Assembly (NCBI GenBank): GCA_965262915.1
Contig: OZ253564.1
Coordinates: forward strand, 256,001 to 320,000
DNA from: Candidatus Spongiisociaceae bacterium
GTDB taxonomy: Bacteria > Actinomycetota > Acidimicrobiia > Spongiisociales > Spongiisociaceae
Length of the DNA: 64,000 bases
Direction: 5' to 3'
Position 1 is the first letter of the stretch, and every line of letters starts with the position of its first letter. The translations under genes and the position numbers were made by a program. Below, one piece after another: positions 61,852 to 64,000 of the stretch. The notes under the pieces are model-generated. The model made no database searches. It worked only from the letters and a program-made list of their open reading frames with translations, and was not told the DNA's origin.

Positions 61852-62464
61852 TGGTTCCATCCCCGGATGCTCGATAAGGGAACCCCCGACTGGTGGCTGC
61901 CCTGGGACTGACCCTCGCCGCCGAGTCGCCCACCGGACGGTGACGCCGGTAGCATCGGCGTAACCCTGACGAGGTACCACCCGGATGACCCAGCCGACCG
62001 CACCATCGCTGCCTCCTGCACCCGCCGGTAGGAAGGTCGTTCGTCGGCGGATGCCTCTGACCGCAGCGGAGTTACCGCCGCTCATGTCGGTCCCGCCCAT
62101 TGTCGACACCGACCCGTACCGGTTCCCTTTGCTGCAGTTCATCTGTGATTGGAACGTGGCGGCGGACAGGGAGGCGCTGGTCGCGGAGACCCCTGTCTAC
62201 GAGGGGGACGACCCGCTGTTGTTGCCGGCGATCGCTGTGGTCGTTCACGCTCTGGCAGACCGGGCCGGGGTGCCCCTGCCGGGCTGGGTGCTCGGCCATC
62301 GCGCTCGGGCCGACGTGATGCTGTTCGGGTGGCCGTTCAATGGATGCTACGCCCGGTGGGTCCGGCTGCGTTCCCCCGCCGCCTGCTACCACCATCGGGT
62401 CTGGTTCCATCCCCGGACGCTTGACAAGGGAACCCCCGACTGGTGGCTGCCCTGGGACTGACCC
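61852..62464 (+). repeat. 63-bp direct repeat (61852-61914 and 62402-62464, 3 mismatches)
   Basis: Both copies encode WFHPRxLDKGTPDWWLPWD-stop. Confidence 0.9.
61985..62461 (+). CDS. Hypothetical protein, likely partner of the downstream NTase
   Basis: GAGG RBS; overlaps a DUF6036-like fragment. Confidence 0.6.
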   Translation: MTQPTAPSLPPAPAGRKVVRRRMPLTAAELPPLMSVPPIVDTDPYRFPLLQFICDWNVAADREALVAETPVYEGDDPLLLPAIAVVVHALADRAGVPLPGWVLGHRARADVMLFGWPFNGCYARWVRLRSPAACYHHRVWFHPRTLDKGTPDWWLPWD

Positions 62465-62676
62465 CCGACCCCGAGAAGGAGCTGACCGCCCGGCGGATCG
62501 GTGGCCTTCTCTCCCAGGTGGACGACGGCCTCGGCGGGCTCCGCTTGGCCGCTCCGGTGGAGATCGTGGTCGTGGGTGGGGCCGCGGTGGCGATGCAGTG
62601 GAACCCCCGACGGGTCACCTACGACGTTGATGTGGTTTCCGAGGGTATTCCAGCGGCGGAAGTATACCACCTTTGA
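62458..62676 (+). pseudogene. Truncated DUF6036/AbiEii-like nucleotidyltransferase
   Basis: IVVVGGAAVAM...RVTYDVDVV then abrupt switch to low-GC DNA. Confidence 0.65.
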
Positions 62677-62924
62677 GACCCTCCGATACCTCATATCACA
62701 GTAAAATGGTTCCCATGCGAAGATACTTTCACTGCTATTCCACAATGCGGAACAGTTTTGTATCGTGGAATAGCGTTAAGTGATTGTGTCAGTAGTATGA
62801 TGGAGTGAGGGTGCCGGAGGGGGCTGTGCGTCCTTCGCTTTAAGACCCTCACTCCCCCCGGCACTCCCGACTTACAGGAAGGGAGAAGGCTGGCAGTCCC
62901 GTTTTGGGCTGTCCAGCCGTTGCC

Positions 62925-64000
62925 ATGTTCAATAATCGAGTTATTGCTACTTCACTAGCTGCTATTCTAATTGTTCTCGCCGCTAGCCCGGCGTTCGGCC
63001 AGTCCGGGCCGATGCCGGAGAACTGGTACAGGAACACCGACCCGCATGATCTGGTCGGTGACTACAAACGCAATCTTCCTCGCAGTGTCACAGTTGATGT
63101 GTGGGATGTGTGGGTGTGTGATCCGGTGGCAGCACCGTTGTACGTTGAGGCGTTTCCTTCATTGACCGACCGTTTCGGGTACACATCTAGGATGGTGGCT
63201 GACTGGCTGAACTACGAGTCATCCATTGACAATTATTTTCATTGGCTGTCTGACGGCAAATATGATCTGCTGTTCATGGATGCAGGGTTTGTTTCACCGG
63301 ACCTGTCGGATCGTTCGTTCTCAGAGTACAGCGATTTCCGTGTGCGGCACAGAGCATGCGAGGATGCTGTTGTGTCAGCGGCTGGGGAAAGCGAAGCTGA
63401 TGGTGGTTTGATTGTGGACACAACCCGTACCTTCGGCACCGTTTCCGGGACCGCTACCGCAGGCAAAAGCAATTGTGCGGGGGAGAACGGTTGTGTGCCG
63501 TATACCGACCCTAACAGTCACCGATTCGTTTTTGTGGATGGTAGCGTGTGGGTAGATGCGTATATTCATGAGATAGGCCATTCGATTAACTGGTCTCATT
63601 CGTACTTCGCTGTTACAGGTGTGGAACATCCATCTGAGTATACGAACCCTATGGATGTGATGAGCGGAAGTACTGGCTGGTTGGGGACAATAGCGATTAA
63701 CCGTTACGCTGCCGGTTGGATTGATCCTGACGATGTGAAAGTGTGGACGTTGGGCGACAGAACCGCAACGTTCCGTCTCAACCCTGTACGTGTGTCAGGT
63801 GGCTATCAAATGTTGGTGATTCGGGATGGGCACAACACATCGTATTACACGTTTGGGGCGAGGGTAAGAGCCGGATACGATAGGCACATACCTCAAGAGG
63901 GTGTGGAGTGGTATATCGTTGACGAGTCGAAGTATGTCGAGTGCGGCTGGACGTGGTGTTCTGGTGCGCGGCGGCAAATCACGACCATTGGGAAACCCCG
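62925..64000 (+). CDS. Secreted zinc metalloprotease (M6/M11-like), runs off the window; absent from ORF track
   Basis: Signal peptide MFNNRVIATSLAAILIVLAASPAFG; HEIGHSINWSHS; YTNPMDVMS; NRYAAGWI. Confidence 0.8.
   Translation, partial: MFNNRVIATSLAAILIVLAASPAFGQSGPMPENWYRNTDPHDLVGDYKRNLPRSVTVDVWDVWVCDPVAAPLYVEAFPSLTDRFGYTSRMVADWLNYESSIDNYFHWLSDGKYDLLFMDAGFVSPDLSDRSFSEYSDFRVRHRACEDAVVSAAGESEADGGLIVDTTRTFGTVSGTATAGKSNCAGENGCVPYTDPNSHRFVFVDGSVWVDAYIHEIGHSINWSHSYFAVTGVEHPSEYTNPMDVMSGSTGWLGTIAINRYAAGWIDPDDVKVWTLGDRTATFRLNPVRVSGGYQMLVIRDGHNTSYYTFGARVRAGYDRHIPQEGVEWYIVDESKYVECGWTWCSGARRQITTIGKP

Noticed and set aside
61852-62464. 63-bp repeat as a DGR template/variable pair
   Set aside because: No reverse transcriptase in the window; the three differences are C/T on the coding strand in both directions, consistent with a partial gene duplication.

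Overview
High-GC, probably actinobacterial DNA. An Acidimicrobiia-like, possibly sponge-associated host is inferred from the Fn3, SLH and PhyH content; this is inference only. A short core segment (23.7-30.5 kb) holds tRNA-Ser(GGA), a large Alu-type SRP RNA, tadA, tRNA-Ser(CGA), an SDR, PhyH paralogues and tRNA-Ser(TGA). Two accessory islands flank it, each beginning at a tRNA-Ser 3' end with a shared att-like motif. The left island carries a GmrSD-like C-terminus, Shedu, a sacsin-ATPase/SF2 helicase fusion, a Dam-type MTase and a DndC-less PLD-helicase/SMC-ATPase/DndE-like operon. The right island carries a DUF499/DUF1156/SNF2-DUF3883 operon, DUF4062, HEPN and MNT-HEPN genes, a tyrosine recombinase and secreted proteins. 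The most striking signal is two clades of IS110 (here A and B) nested in each other and in ISL3 ends. The guide loops readable in each element's non-coding left end (bridge RNA) match the site where that copy sits: A1 targets the ISL3 right IR, A2 targets the clade-B end, B1 targets the donor guide of the A bridge RNA, and B2 targets the A right end. This looks like reciprocal RNA-programmed IS-on-IS parasitism. All family assignments are from motif recognition by eye; no searches were run.
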